This document shows, one piece after another, positions 40,813 through 53,784 of a stretch of 64,000 bases of DNA. The stretch is from NCBI GenBank assembly GCA_964016885.1, contig OZ024741.1:123008001-123072000 (forward strand). The letters are read 5' to 3'. Under the pieces are notes generated by a model. It saw only the letters and a list, made by a program, of their open reading frames with translations, did not search any database and was not told the DNA's origin. Position 1 is the first letter of the stretch. Every line of letters begins with the position of its first letter. Source of the stretch: Eledone cirrhosa. Taxonomy: Eukaryota. The translations under genes and the position numbers were made by a program.

Positions 40813-41406
40813 CTTGGAACTCTTTTAACCATCTGTTGATCTTATATTATATATATATATATATATATATTGTCAATTAAGCTATCTATCTAATCATTAA
40901 TCTATCTCCGTGTCTATTCTTCAAATTTCATCCTCCCCGTCTCTTCTAGTTTATTGTATTAGTCAGACCCATTATATGTTCCATATATACTACGTTGTGT
41001 ACAAAATTATTTCCAGTTACTTGATTGGGGGAAATTTGCAGAACTCTGTATAGCAACACAGATTAATCACAACAGAGTAATAAATATATAATGAATTTTT
41101 GTGTTAAAATAAAGTTAAAAATCTGTTTGACTATGAAAAAGATGTTAGGCGTATAACTCCCTACAGACGGAAAGAAATGTGTAGCAATGTTCTCAACCAC
41201 TTTCTCACCAAATCTAACCTATGTGTGCTTACCTATCCTAATATGTTGTCACATTTCTACAAAACTTGTACTATATAAAGACGCAGAAATGCAGACACAC
41301 ATTCGCACATGCACACACACACACACACACATACACACACACACACATACACACGTGCGCATATATATATATATACACATAGATATATGTACATATATAT
41401 ATATAC

Positions 41407-41443
<37 letters not shown>

Positions 41444-41482
41444 GTTTTGCGAGGTTTTTTATATGAAATCGTGTGTCGAAAC

Positions 41483-41630
41483 AAATATTGTTATACTTGG
41501 GGAGGGTCATATTTGTGTAATATTGCCAGAATTAATAACAGAAGCGAAAACCAACCAAACAGTGAGTGTGTTCTGTTATTAATTCTGGCAATATTACACA
41601 AATATGACCCTCCCCAAGTATAACAATATA
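41483..41630. repeat. Fold-back palindrome derived from the 3' terminus of the PLE at 42135-42951
   Basis: ~58-bp perfect arms; 41538-41616 is nearly identical to 42871-42951. Confidence 0.85.
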
Positions 41631-41632
41631 TA

Positions 41633-41732
<100 letters not shown>

Positions 41733-42072
41733 AGGAGAGAGAGAGAACGTGGGGGAGAGATAGATAGTTACAGGCGGGTGTCTAAGTATAACCTCGACTC
41801 TAGGATGAATGGAATACCAAAGTCCATCTCAACGGATATTTGAAACACAGGAGAGAGAAGTAACATATAACCGCATATGTTAGTGCACCCTAAGACATTC
41901 AACATTAACATAATACAATATATTAGTAATAACAAAAGACTCATTATCTCTTACTTTAGAATTTACCAGTGATATTAGATTGGGATATCACCAACGAGAA
42001 TGAATAAACAGTCTACCGTTAAATATATATAAAAAACAAAAAGATATAATTGGAAATATGCAGAAGTGATTT

Positions 42073-42134
<62 letters not shown>

Positions 42135-42135
<1 letters not shown>

Positions 42136-42949
42136 TAATAAGCATAAGATGTACACAGGGTACTTGCAGAAACATGACAACAACATACATAGGCGAGAGA
42201 GCTCGTAGCTTAGGTGAAAAGATAGACCAACACTGGGCGGAACTAAAAGGACGAAAAAACGGTTCAGTACTATACGAACATGCCAGACAACAACACAACG
42301 GCAACATAGACAACATAGAAGTTAGAATAATATCTAAACATAGAAATGACCCAGCAGATAGGCAAATCAGAGAAGCCAGCGAAATAGAAGTTAGAAGGCC
42401 AAGGCTAAACAGAAAAAATGTATGGAATAACAACAACAACCAAACAAACAACACTGACCTAAGAGAAGTATAAATAAATAAATAAATACATACATAAGCA
42501 CAATAACAACAAATATATATAAACACACACTAGTAAACTAAGATAGAATACATTAACCAATACAGAGTCACCCAAAGAAGAATACACATCAAACAAAACA
42601 CTATACACACAGGCAAACGCATGCGCAGAGAAGACAAAAAATGAACAAATACATAAATAAATAAACAGACTAAATAAAGATGACGTAAGCATACAATGCA
42701 ACGGGAGGAAACATAATAGCAACACTGCCGATGTTGCAGATGTGCAACGAAAGCACTTTGATAGGCTATATATATGTGTTTGTGTCTATATTGTATCTGT
42801 ATTTTTGACCGTTGGTCAGTCAATGGCAACATTGAGGACCGAATAAATTAAATTAACCGATATAAAAGACACAGAAGCGAAAACCAACCAAACAGTGAGT
42901 GTGTTCTGTTATTAATTCTGGCAATATTATTACACAAATATGACCCTCC

Positions 42950-42951
<2 letters not shown>
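42135..42951 (+). mobile_element. 5'-truncated Penelope-like element (GIY-YIG fragment + 3' UTR)
   Basis: ORF 42174-42473 reads YIGERARSLGEKIDQH...LYEHARQQH...RQIREASEI...PRLN. Flanked by (TA)n. Confidence 0.85.
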
Positions 42952-43028
<77 letters not shown>

Positions 43029-43182
43029 AGTCAGAAATGAATTTCGTTTCATTTTTTCCGTTTATAGTTTTCGGTACCCCGGCCGATTAACTCACCCGAT
43101 ATGCAAATTAGGCTGCTCAGCCGTTAATGTGCATAAGGAAAGTTTATACGTTCAGACGTTCAACCTTCTGGTAGGAAGGTAT

Positions 43183-43225
43183 ACGTTGCTGACGATAGCT
43201 AATAAGCTTCAAACTAGTACAACGT
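43183..43225 (+). ncRNA. Type I hammerhead, core-mutated copy (GAAA to CAAA)
   Basis: acgttg CTGACGA tagct aata agctt CAAA ctag TA caacgt. Confidence 0.7.
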
Positions 43226-43612
43226 TCCTTTGTCAGGGTTGAACAAATGAGCAACGATGGTTGCTAGACACTGTACGGCTTAATTCGGGATGTTTGTTTA
43301 CAAACACACCGAGCATTATAATAAATGTTCGCTTAATCCATACGTACATTTATATATGTGTGCATGTATGTATATATATATATACATACTACTGTACGTC
43401 TGTATACATATATGTATGTTCGTATATATACTTATATTTAAGTAACAGCCGTACTAAGAGTGAGAAATGAAATTTCGTTTCATTTCTTCCGTTTATCGTT
43501 TTCGGTACCGCGGCCGATTAACTCACCGATATGCAAATTAGTCTGCTCAGCCCTTAATGTGAATAAGGAAAGTTTATACTCTCAGACGTTCAACCATCTG
43601 GCAGGAAGGTAT

Positions 43613-43655
43613 ACGTTGCTGACGATAGCTAATAAGCTTGAAACTAGTACAGCGT
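43613..43655 (+). ncRNA. Type I hammerhead ribozyme
   Basis: acgttg CTGACGA tagct aata agctt GAAA ctag TA cagcgt. Confidence 0.88.
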
Positions 43656-44041
43656 TCATTTGTCAGTGTTGAACAAATGAACAACGATGGTTGCTAGACA
43701 CTGTACGGCTCAATTCGGGATGTTTGTTTACAAACACACCGAGCATTATAATAAATGTTCGGTGAATCCATACGTACATGTATATATGTGTGCATGTATG
43801 CATATATATATACATAATACTGTACGTCTGTATACATATATGTATGTACGTATACATACTTATATTTAAGTAACAGCCGTACTAAGAGTGAGAAATGAAA
43901 TTTCGTTTAATTTTTTCTGTTTATCGTTTTCGGTACCCCGGCCGATTAACTCACCCGATATGCAAATTAGGCTGCTCAGCGATTAATGTGCATAAGGAAA
44001 GTTTATACTTTCAGACGTTCAACCATCTGGCAGGAAGGTAT

Positions 44042-44084
44042 ACGTTGCTGACGATAGCTAATAAGCTTGAAACTAGTACAGCGT
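44042..44084 (+). ncRNA. Type I hammerhead ribozyme
   Basis: Same motif as 43613-43655. Confidence 0.88.
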
Positions 44085-44587
44085 TCCTTTGTCAGTGTTG
44101 AACAATTGAGCAATGATCGTTGCTAGATACTGTACGGCTAATTCGGGAGCTTTGTTTACAAAGACACCGAGCATTATAATAAATGTTCGGTGAATCCATA
44201 CGTACATGTATATTTGTATGTATGTATGTATATATATATACATACTACTGTACGTCTGTATACATATATGTATGTGCGTATACATAGTTATATTTAAGTA
44301 ACAGCCGTACTAAGAGTGAGAAATAAAATTTTGTTTCATTTTATTTCATTTTGTTTATATATATATATATATATATGCCTATATATATTTCTTTTTTTAT
44401 TTATATATACGTAGGTAAATATATGTACATATATATATGTGTGTGTGTATTTGTATATGTTTATATATATATATATATATGCGTACGTATATGTATATAT
44501 ATGTGTATATATATATGTATATATTTATATAAATATATATATATATAGAGAGAGAGATACATATGTACATATATATATACATTATAT

Positions 44588-44631
<44 letters not shown>

Positions 44632-44637
44632 CATACG

Positions 44638-44682
<45 letters not shown>

Positions 44683-45177
44683 GTATATATATATATTTAA
44701 TATGATTTTGATTACATATCCTATACATATATGTTTATCAGGAAATAAACAACACCAGCAATTAGAATAATCAGTAGGAATCTAATCATTATCAACTGTT
44801 AATATTCTTTAAGTCAGCTTTTTAATTTAGTCTGTAGAATATTTAGTACTGTCAGCAGAATCAATGTTTTCGTTTAAACACGAAATAGTTTCGTTATGCT
44901 AATGTTTCGGATAGCCAAATAATTTGCATAGTCTGAAACCTGCAGCTTCGTTTTTGGCCCTCCATCATTCACTATCTCTCTCACCGGCCCTCGACTTCCT
45001 GTTTCTCTCTCTTTAACTCAATCTTCGACATTACACTCAAACACAAAAACATACATATTTACATACACATACTCATATACACACATGCATATACATGACT
45101 GGAAATGACGTGATTTCAATTTTAACAGCACAATCAGACTTCACATTCAATATCTCTCAGCAATATAAATATATATA

Positions 45178-45653
45178 CTAGCTGGCCCCGTGCCGTGAAA
45201 ATGTCGGCTAATTGTAATATCTATACATGATATGAAAACGAGATGTTTGATTGTTGCTTGGCTTGTTGGTTGGTTCCTTCGCTCTCACTCACACAAACGA
45301 TACAAATACAAGGTTTGATGAATCTTAGAACCCTGGACCTCTATAGTTTCTCACACACCTCCTTCCTCAGTCATAACATAGATGTGTACAATTATTTTTG
45401 TGTCTGTTTATAAATATGTATTTGTAGATTCCTGTATGTTTCTAATTCTATTGCCAATGTATCTATCTAAAGATACATAATATTAACAACCAATGTGTGT
45501 AACCAATTCGCTGTACATATACACTACACACAGGTGTAGAGAATGTTACACGCTCCCACCCTTCCTTTCTCAGTCGACGTTATCACCTCTTCCTTCGTCA
45601 GTCATCTCTTGTGTGTGACGGATAAATACACGTAGCTTTTATTATATTACTGA
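45178..45653 (-). mobile_element. Non-autonomous Helitron (second family, 476 bp)
   Basis: Minus strand: A|TCAGTAATATAATAAAAGC ... gccgacattttcacggc hairpin ... CCAGCTAG|T. Confidence 0.78.
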
Positions 45654-45743
45654 TATATATATATATATACACACATATATATCTATATCTATATATAAGT
45701 ATATATCTCTCTCTATATATATTTATATATAAGTGTATATGTA

Positions 45744-46574
<831 letters not shown>

Positions 46575-46590
46575 TTATATATGTATATAA

Positions 46591-46668
<78 letters not shown>

Positions 46669-46677
46669 TAGAAATTG

Positions 46678-49473
46678 AGTTTTTTTTTACAAAATGAAAA
46701 ATAACCGAGGTGTCCTTCACGATTGAAAGTATAAAGAAAAAAATGATGAAATCGAAAATGCAACTGGAGTCTTATTTAAAAAAAATATATATATATTTAT
46801 TTGGTCCTTTATCGGTTTCGCAGTTCTTCTGCTTTTCAAAAGTAGAGTTGAGATGGAGGGTCCGTGGTTTTTCTCACATCTGGTTGGTCTTTGAATGTTA
46901 CTTTTTTTATATGGAAAAAAGTGGCTCGAAACGCCAGGTTTTTAGGAAAGTAATTTGATTGGTTGGTCAATAAGTATAATAAATTTAGCGCCAGTTCGCG
47001 TTACAAAGTTCTTCAAACAAGGTTGTTTTTTCATATATGAGTGTTTGAATTTCTTTTTACTTAAAAAAAGGGGCTCACGAAGGTTTTTTATATAAATGTA
47101 ATTTGATTGGTTATAAATGAAATTATGGCTGTCACGTGAACAAGTTTATTAAATTTCGCGCCCGTATTTGGGAATTTATTTTGTAGCTTTTTAGAGAATT
47201 TTATGACAAGCAAGAGATAATGGTCAAGAGAAATGGGATGGGAGATTTGTTCTGGTTCAGTGAATATGGTTGGTTCGCTGGGGTGTCAGAATTCAGATTT
47301 TCTATTGAAATAAAGAAAGTAAAGATGTGTATGTTTACTTGTGTGCTTGTGTGTGTGTGTGTGTATAGGAAGATGATTCTATTAGTAGAAATGCGGGAGG
47401 GAGTTGTGTGTGTATGTGTGTGTGTGTGGGAGGGGGGGGAGTATGTTAGGATGGAGAGAATATATCTATTTTGTGTGTATGTATATGTGTGTAGGAAAGT
47501 GATTCTATTAGTAGAAATGGAGGAGGGAGTTGTGTGTGTGTGGGTGTTATGTGTATGTGGGAGTATGAGTAGCATGTTAAGATGAAGGGAATATATATTG
47601 TGTGTGTGTATGTGTGTGTAGGAAATTGATCTATTAGTAGAAATGGGGGAGGGAGTTGTGTGTGTGTGTGGGGGGGGTTATGTGTGTGTATGGGTGTTAT
47701 GTGTGTGTGGGAGTATGGTTAGCATGTTAAGATGAAGAGAATATATATTTTGTGTGTATGTGTGTGTGTAGGAAAATGATTCCGTTAGTAGGAATATTTT
47801 TGAATGAACATATTTTCGTTACTTATTCGTATTTGTTCTGTTGTATTGTCAGCGCAAACGTATGTTAAGGTTTATTTAGTTCGCGTTTTTATTTTCTAAA
47901 GTAGAAGGTGCTATGTGTGTGTGTGTCTCTTTGGATGGTTAGCATGTTATGGTGTTGACATAATGTATATTAAACCATATTTAATGCTGGCCTATATTTT
48001 TGAATAAACATATTTTCCTCATTTATACGTATTTGTTTTATTGTATTGTCAGCGCAAAGGTAAAAATGGGAAGACTTGGAATTTGGGTGTCTTATTACTT
48101 GCGCATATATCTAGATGTGCGCTTAATGGTATCTGTCTCGTGGTTGGATCTCGTAATTGTTGGCGATAAACTGTCATTCTGTTTCTAAGTGTGAGTTTAG
48201 TTTGCCCTATATAATCTTCATTGGATCCTTTACATTTAAGGGCATAAAGTAGATTTTTTGATGAGCAAGTGAAGTGATTTTTAACAGCAAAATTTTGTCC
48301 TGATTTAAATGTATACCTGTTGCCTTCAATGAGGTGAGTGCAGGTTCCACAATTAGGGCGACCACATTTTTTGACAGTTGGTTGTGGGTTTGTGGTAGGT
48401 AATTTGGCAGTGGTGTGTAATGTTTTCAGTGATTTCGGTTGTCTTTTGCTTTTGATTATTTTGTGTGTTTCAAGGTTTTTTTCATTCTTGGGTCTTGTTT
48501 CAGTAGTGGGATGTTCTTGTGAATAGTGTTGTAAGCTTCCGCATTTCTTGGGTTACGTGTTGAGATATATGATAGTATATTGGACGTACTTTAAATTTGT
48601 TTCTGTATTTGTAATTCATCAATACCTATTTCTTTAGCCCTTCTATTCCATTATTTATTAGTAATGGTGGGTACTGTCTTTCGATTAGAATTTCCTTTAA
48701 TTCTTGACGTCTTTTATTTCGCGTTTCATAATTGTAGACAATTGTGCAAATTCTTCTTGCTAGGTTAAAAGGAATGTTCGTTTTCGTGTGCTTTGGATGG
48801 TTGGAGGTGAATAGCAGGTATTGTTTGGAATCAGTTGGTTTGTAGTGTATGTCCGTTTCAATATTTGTGTCTTTTTTAAAGATTAAGATGTCCAGAAATG
48901 GGAGTTAATCTTGGCTGTATTCCATTGTGAATTGGATGTGATTATTGATGCCGTTTATTAAATTTTTGAAATCATTCAGTTGGTCGAGTGTGTGGGACCA
49001 AAGGATGAGACAATCATCCAAGTAGCGGTTCTAATTCTCTGATAAATATTTGTGGAAGTTCAATCCCTATTTTGATTTGGACTGTTCATATATCTGTACC
49101 TCTATGTATGCCATGATTAAGTTGGCATAAGTTGGAACGGCTTTTGTACACATCACAGTCCCCGATATTTGCGTGTAAGTACTGCCATCGAAATAAAAAA
49201 AGTTGTTCTCTAAGATAAATTTTAATTCCTCGGTGATGAAGCTTTTTTCTATTTTGCCAAGTATGTCATTGGGATATTTCACTAGCCAGAATCCTATTGC
49301 TTCTAGTCCGTATTGGTGTGGGATCGTTGTGTAGAGATTCACTACATCGAAAGACACAATAATAGTGTCGTTGTTGACATGTTTGGGGAGGTGGTTTAAG
49401 AGGTCCAGATCGTCTCTTACAAGGCTTGGTATGTGTTTGAGAATTGGTTTTAGTAGTATGTCTATAAAGTTGT
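46678..49473 (-). mobile_element. Neptune-type Penelope-like element, copy 1 (5'-truncated in RT, complete 3' end)
   Basis: SFDVVNLYTTIP, RYLDD, CGRPNCGTC linker, GIY-YIG, then a GT-rich repetitive 3' UTR and pLTR. Homologous to 53785-57188. Confidence 0.88.
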
Positions 49474-51156
49474 TGTAGTATGTCTATTTATATATAAAAG
49501 TGTGTGTTTTCTTCGAGAAAAAGGATGTATGTTCAATTCATTCTCTCTTTGATAATCGTTGATATGAGCGTTTATAGTGGCAAAAGTTCATTTGCTCGTC
49601 TTTTGAAATGTGACCAACGGCGTCTATATCGTGCTGAAAAGTTATGTATGTATGACATCTGGACACCCTGCAGGATGAAATACAAGACCCGGCAAAGTGC
49701 GATGGAGTTCAACAGAGTGAAGGGCCATGCAATTAATACTTTCTTTTTTTAACTTGGGAGTGAAAGGCCCCCAGCAGTTGTCAACAACATCTTTCTAGGA
49801 GAGGGAAACCCTGAAAAAAACCTGCGGCTTCGGAAGCATCCGATGATGTTGACCAGATCTGCTTTTCGGGTAGTGTTTTCGATGCTCAGAGAGTGGGATT
49901 GGTTGAGTGCAAGGTCTTTCCCCACTCAAAGAACCTTCAAAGCCCAGGCATTACTTGTTTAGTATATGTTACAGGTTTGTGTGACTGGCTGTAGCCTAAA
50001 TGTGCACCAAACTCTATAATCTGACAAGCGATTGCAGTACTCTTAACAGAATTTGCAGCCATCATATATGTATTTATGTGTATCACCTTGTTCATCGCTT
50101 ATTTATTCTACTCAATTATCAACAGTTCATATAGCATTATTATGTCATGTTTAGGTTGTTACTTTTAATCGTATTACGGTACACTAGTTTAATGTACACT
50201 TAGGATCAGTTCACTGATGTTCTCAATAAATGAGTTGTAATTAATATTTATCCAATATAATTCGATATCAAATATTCAAGGTTTGATTGATTAGCAAATG
50301 TCAGCTAATACTTTTGCCGATATAGTCAATATGCTTTGATTAAGTAATAGTTGTAAAATAATATGAGATGATAGAATTCTTTGTGATTAGATCGGTTGAA
50401 AGAGAAATAAACATCCCTAGCAAAAACATTACTGATTAAGGCGAATCGCATATTACATTATTTACATACTTACAAGTATTACGACGACCTTTTCAATGGA
50501 AATGCAATGATATATATGATCTTGGAGTGAATTTTGTTAATGCATTGTAGCTTTCTATTTCGGACGAATGGCATGCTAGCTTGATGTTAGCTGGCTATTT
50601 CTTCCCTCTTCATTTATTCCTCTTTCTTTCGTTCTTCTTCTCCCTTTCTTCTTAGTACTTTACTTTCTTTCTCGCTTCTCCTACCCGCCATTCCGACTCG
50701 TCGCTTCTGCATTCAGAGCCATTGTTCCTCCTTTCTCACGATGTCTTGAGGCCAAGTAGTCGTGCTTTATTTTTCTTTCTCTCTGACATATCTATCTACT
50801 CTAATCTCTCCTAACACAAACATACCAACAGAGATATTTATTTATCCGTTGTTACGAGCCGTCTATCTTACGCGACACTTTTAGAAAAATCCTCGAAACT
50901 ACAGGTGGTCTAAATGCTGGTTAATGTAATTAAATTTGTGTGATCTCCTCTGATCCATTTTATTCCTTCTTTCGTCTTATCACTTCTCTGAGCCACCTCA
51001 CTTCTAGCCTCTAATTTTATCCTTTGAGTTAAATTTTACCCGACACCGTCTTTGACTGCATTTTGTTGTTTCAACAGCTTTCTTGCGCTCAGGTTTTCCT
51101 ACGAATTCTAATACACTCGCGTTTCAAACGCGATGATCGAGTTAATTTTCTTTAGA

Positions 51157-51194
<38 letters not shown>

Positions 51195-51443
51195 CGTATG
51201 TGGTTGACGTCTCATGGAAAAGAGTTCTCAACAGCGAAGTAGTATTTGAATATTTATTTTATTAAGGCTAAACAGTGAGTCTCGTTATTCTGGAGTTTCT
51301 CATATTTATCACAGGGTCATCAGACAATGTGATTATACACACACACGCACACACACACACACATATATATATATATGTATATATATACATATTTATATAT
51401 ATATATATATATACAAATATGTATATATATATATATATATATA

Positions 51444-51481
<38 letters not shown>

Positions 51482-51492
51482 AATATATATAC

Positions 51493-51523
<31 letters not shown>

Positions 51524-52220
51524 CATATATATACATATGTATATATATATATATATGTGTGTGTATATAGATATATACACACACACACACATATATGTAT
51601 ATATATATATGTATATATATATATAGACATATATGATAGATTAACTTTTACAAAATAAGTTATAGATAGATTCCTAGCAGAGCAACCTAAAATAAACCTG
51701 CTCTACCGCCAGTCTAGTCAATACTGCAGTTTTTACTGAAAAGACAATATTGACCTTTCTATTATATAGGATGAAATATAGGATGTATTAGTACAGACAT
51801 TCAGGTGAACGTCGACTGCTATAACCGCATGGTAATCATTTTCACTCATGCGTAGATTAAGCAATCAAGTAAATATTTGTAGATCAGGACACTGATGTGT
51901 ATAAATGTCGCTAGATGTAGCTGCTCTAGATTACGTTCATTAACTCAACAATAATTGTGTAGCAAATATCAACCAGAAGGTCAATACTGTAGATAATATA
52001 TAATAGAATGGCCAACATTCCCTTATCAGTGCAAACTGGAATAAAAACGTTGTATCGCGCTGCTATTTTTAGCGGCATGATCAACAAGTTTATAACATCC
52101 CGATTTTACTTATGGCCTATTTTTGTGTGTGGGTCACTTTAACGGCCTGACCCCATGCAACGGGCAGGAAACGATATATTATCTTACTATGAGGCTGTAT
52201 ACCCTTATAGTACGGACATA

Positions 52221-52300
52221 GCTGTCTGAAGACCTAATTCTTTCCATTGGAAATTTTCTGAATTTCCAATCTTTTGATTAGTGAAACCGTCGGTAACGGC
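52221..52300 (+). ncRNA. Type I hammerhead ribozyme with extended stem II
   Basis: gctgt CTGAAGA cctaatt..attggaaatt ttctg aatttccaat..gattagt GAAA ccgtcgg TA acggc. Confidence 0.82.
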
Positions 52301-52375
52301 AATAGAATAGGCGAGTATTTAAATCGTCTTTTAATTTATTTAAAAGATTGTTTGATGATTACTTGTTCCGCTCAT

Positions 52376-52590
<215 letters not shown>

Positions 52591-52740
52591 TGTGTATGCG
52601 TATACAATAATGATAATAATGTGAAACTTAGATCTAATTATTCATAATACTTTTTAATACGTATTTCTGTGGCGTTATTATTTACGAAATGCTATCATGA
52701 TGCAATTAATAACATCACTTTGTAACACAGTAACTTAAAT

Positions 52741-53105
52741 AATTAAACATACGGTATATTATCAAATATACAATACATACATTCATGTATACATCGCTAT
52801 TTCAGAACACCAATCCTAATTTTTTATTTTTGCTGGACCGGCTATCGCTCTGTATAATCAGTTCCTGATTATTACTGGAATTCTATAAGAATCCAGCCTC
52901 TATAATTTTCGGCAGAGGTCGGGGAGTACGTTGCTCTGAGGAACACCAACAGTGTGAAACAGAATCTGTCAGCTTCTCTCCCTTACTTTGCCGAAAAAAG
53001 AAGTAAGTGACATAGTCAGTACTTTAAAATGATAGCGTAAGGTCTTCAAAATGTTTTTAATTAAACATACGGTATACTATCAAATATACTATACATACAT
53101 TCATA
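52741..53105 (+). mobile_element. ~318-bp hammerhead monomer with ~45-bp terminal redundancy (retrozyme-like)
   Basis: aattaaacatacggtata...atacatacattcat occurs at 52741 and 53059, with an HHR between them and (TA)n downstream. Confidence 0.75.
52933..52973 (+). ncRNA. Type I hammerhead ribozyme
   Basis: gct CTGAGGA acac caaca gtgt GAAA cag aat ctg TC agc; stem I extends via gggag/ctccc; canonical GUC triplet. Confidence 0.88.
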
Positions 53106-53265
53106 TATATATATATATATATCAAAAATTAAATTAAGGATTGTCATGTCTGACAGACATGCGCCATATCCACTGCAGAATAAGCTCAAGGATTCCAATG
53201 AATAGATCCGAGAATTTTATATCAACTAGAAATAGATTGACATATATATATATATATATATATAT

Positions 53266-53453
53266 AATTGTTTCTACTTTTAGGCACAAGGCCAGCAATT
53301 ACCCAGTACATTACTGGTACTTTATTTTATCGACCCCAGTGAGGATGAAAGCTAAGTTAACCTCGGCGGGATTTGAACTCAGACTGTAAAGGGAAGTAAC
53401 TATGCTAGAAAGCATGGCGTCCGACCCTCTACCGATACTGCCAATTCACCACC
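53266..53453 (-). mobile_element. tRNA-derived SINE with Meta-like central domain
   Basis: Minus strand: A box tggcagtatcgg, B box gagttcaaatcc, core ctttcatcct...ggggtcgataaaataaagtaccag. Resembles, from memory, an abundant Octopus SINE. Confidence 0.85.
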
Positions 53454-53470
53454 AATATATATATATATAT

Positions 53471-53657
53471 AATTGTTTCTACTTTAGGCACAAGGTCAGC
53501 AATTATCCAGTGCATTACTGGTACTTCATTTTATCGACCCGTAAGGATGAAAGGCAAAGTCAACCTCGGCGGGATTTGAACTCAGATCGTAAAGTGACGT
53601 AACTATCCTGGAAAGCATGGCGTCAGACCCCCTACCGATACTGCCAATCCACCGCCC
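53471..53657 (-). mobile_element. Second tandem copy of the same SINE
   Basis: Homologous to 53266-53453 and separated from it by (TA)n. Confidence 0.85.
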
Positions 53658-53784
53658 TTATATATATATATAATAAACATATGAAACAATCACAGGGAAT
53701 AATTTGTAAAGTGTGTAAGCACACATAGCTAGGTAGGTAACTAATCTAGATACCTTTTAAAATGATTAATCTCTTTTGTATTTT

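Larger units (their letters stand above)
35091..40850 (-). mobile_element. Near full-length Naiad-type Penelope-like element with a 3' pLTR, a 27-bp direct pLTR remnant and a 5' inverted pLTR
   Basis: About 35183-36150 is inverted at about 38985-40848 (interrupted by a Helitron). taatgtaggagg...ttttattgtag occurs at both 35091 and 38952. Flanked by (TA)n on both sides. Confidence 0.92.
43025..44342 (+). mobile_element. Head-to-tail array of ~429-bp monomers, one hammerhead per monomer (retrozyme-like)
   Basis: Units start at 43025, 43455 and 43883, with a partial unit at 44311. Non-coding and bounded by (TA)n. Confidence 0.85.

Noticed and set aside
49690-49950. Possible RTE-type LINE 5' UTR or HDV-like ribozyme (ctaggagagggaaaccctga)
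   Set aside because: Only a short remembered motif; I could not build the nested double pseudoknot and no RTE ORF follows.
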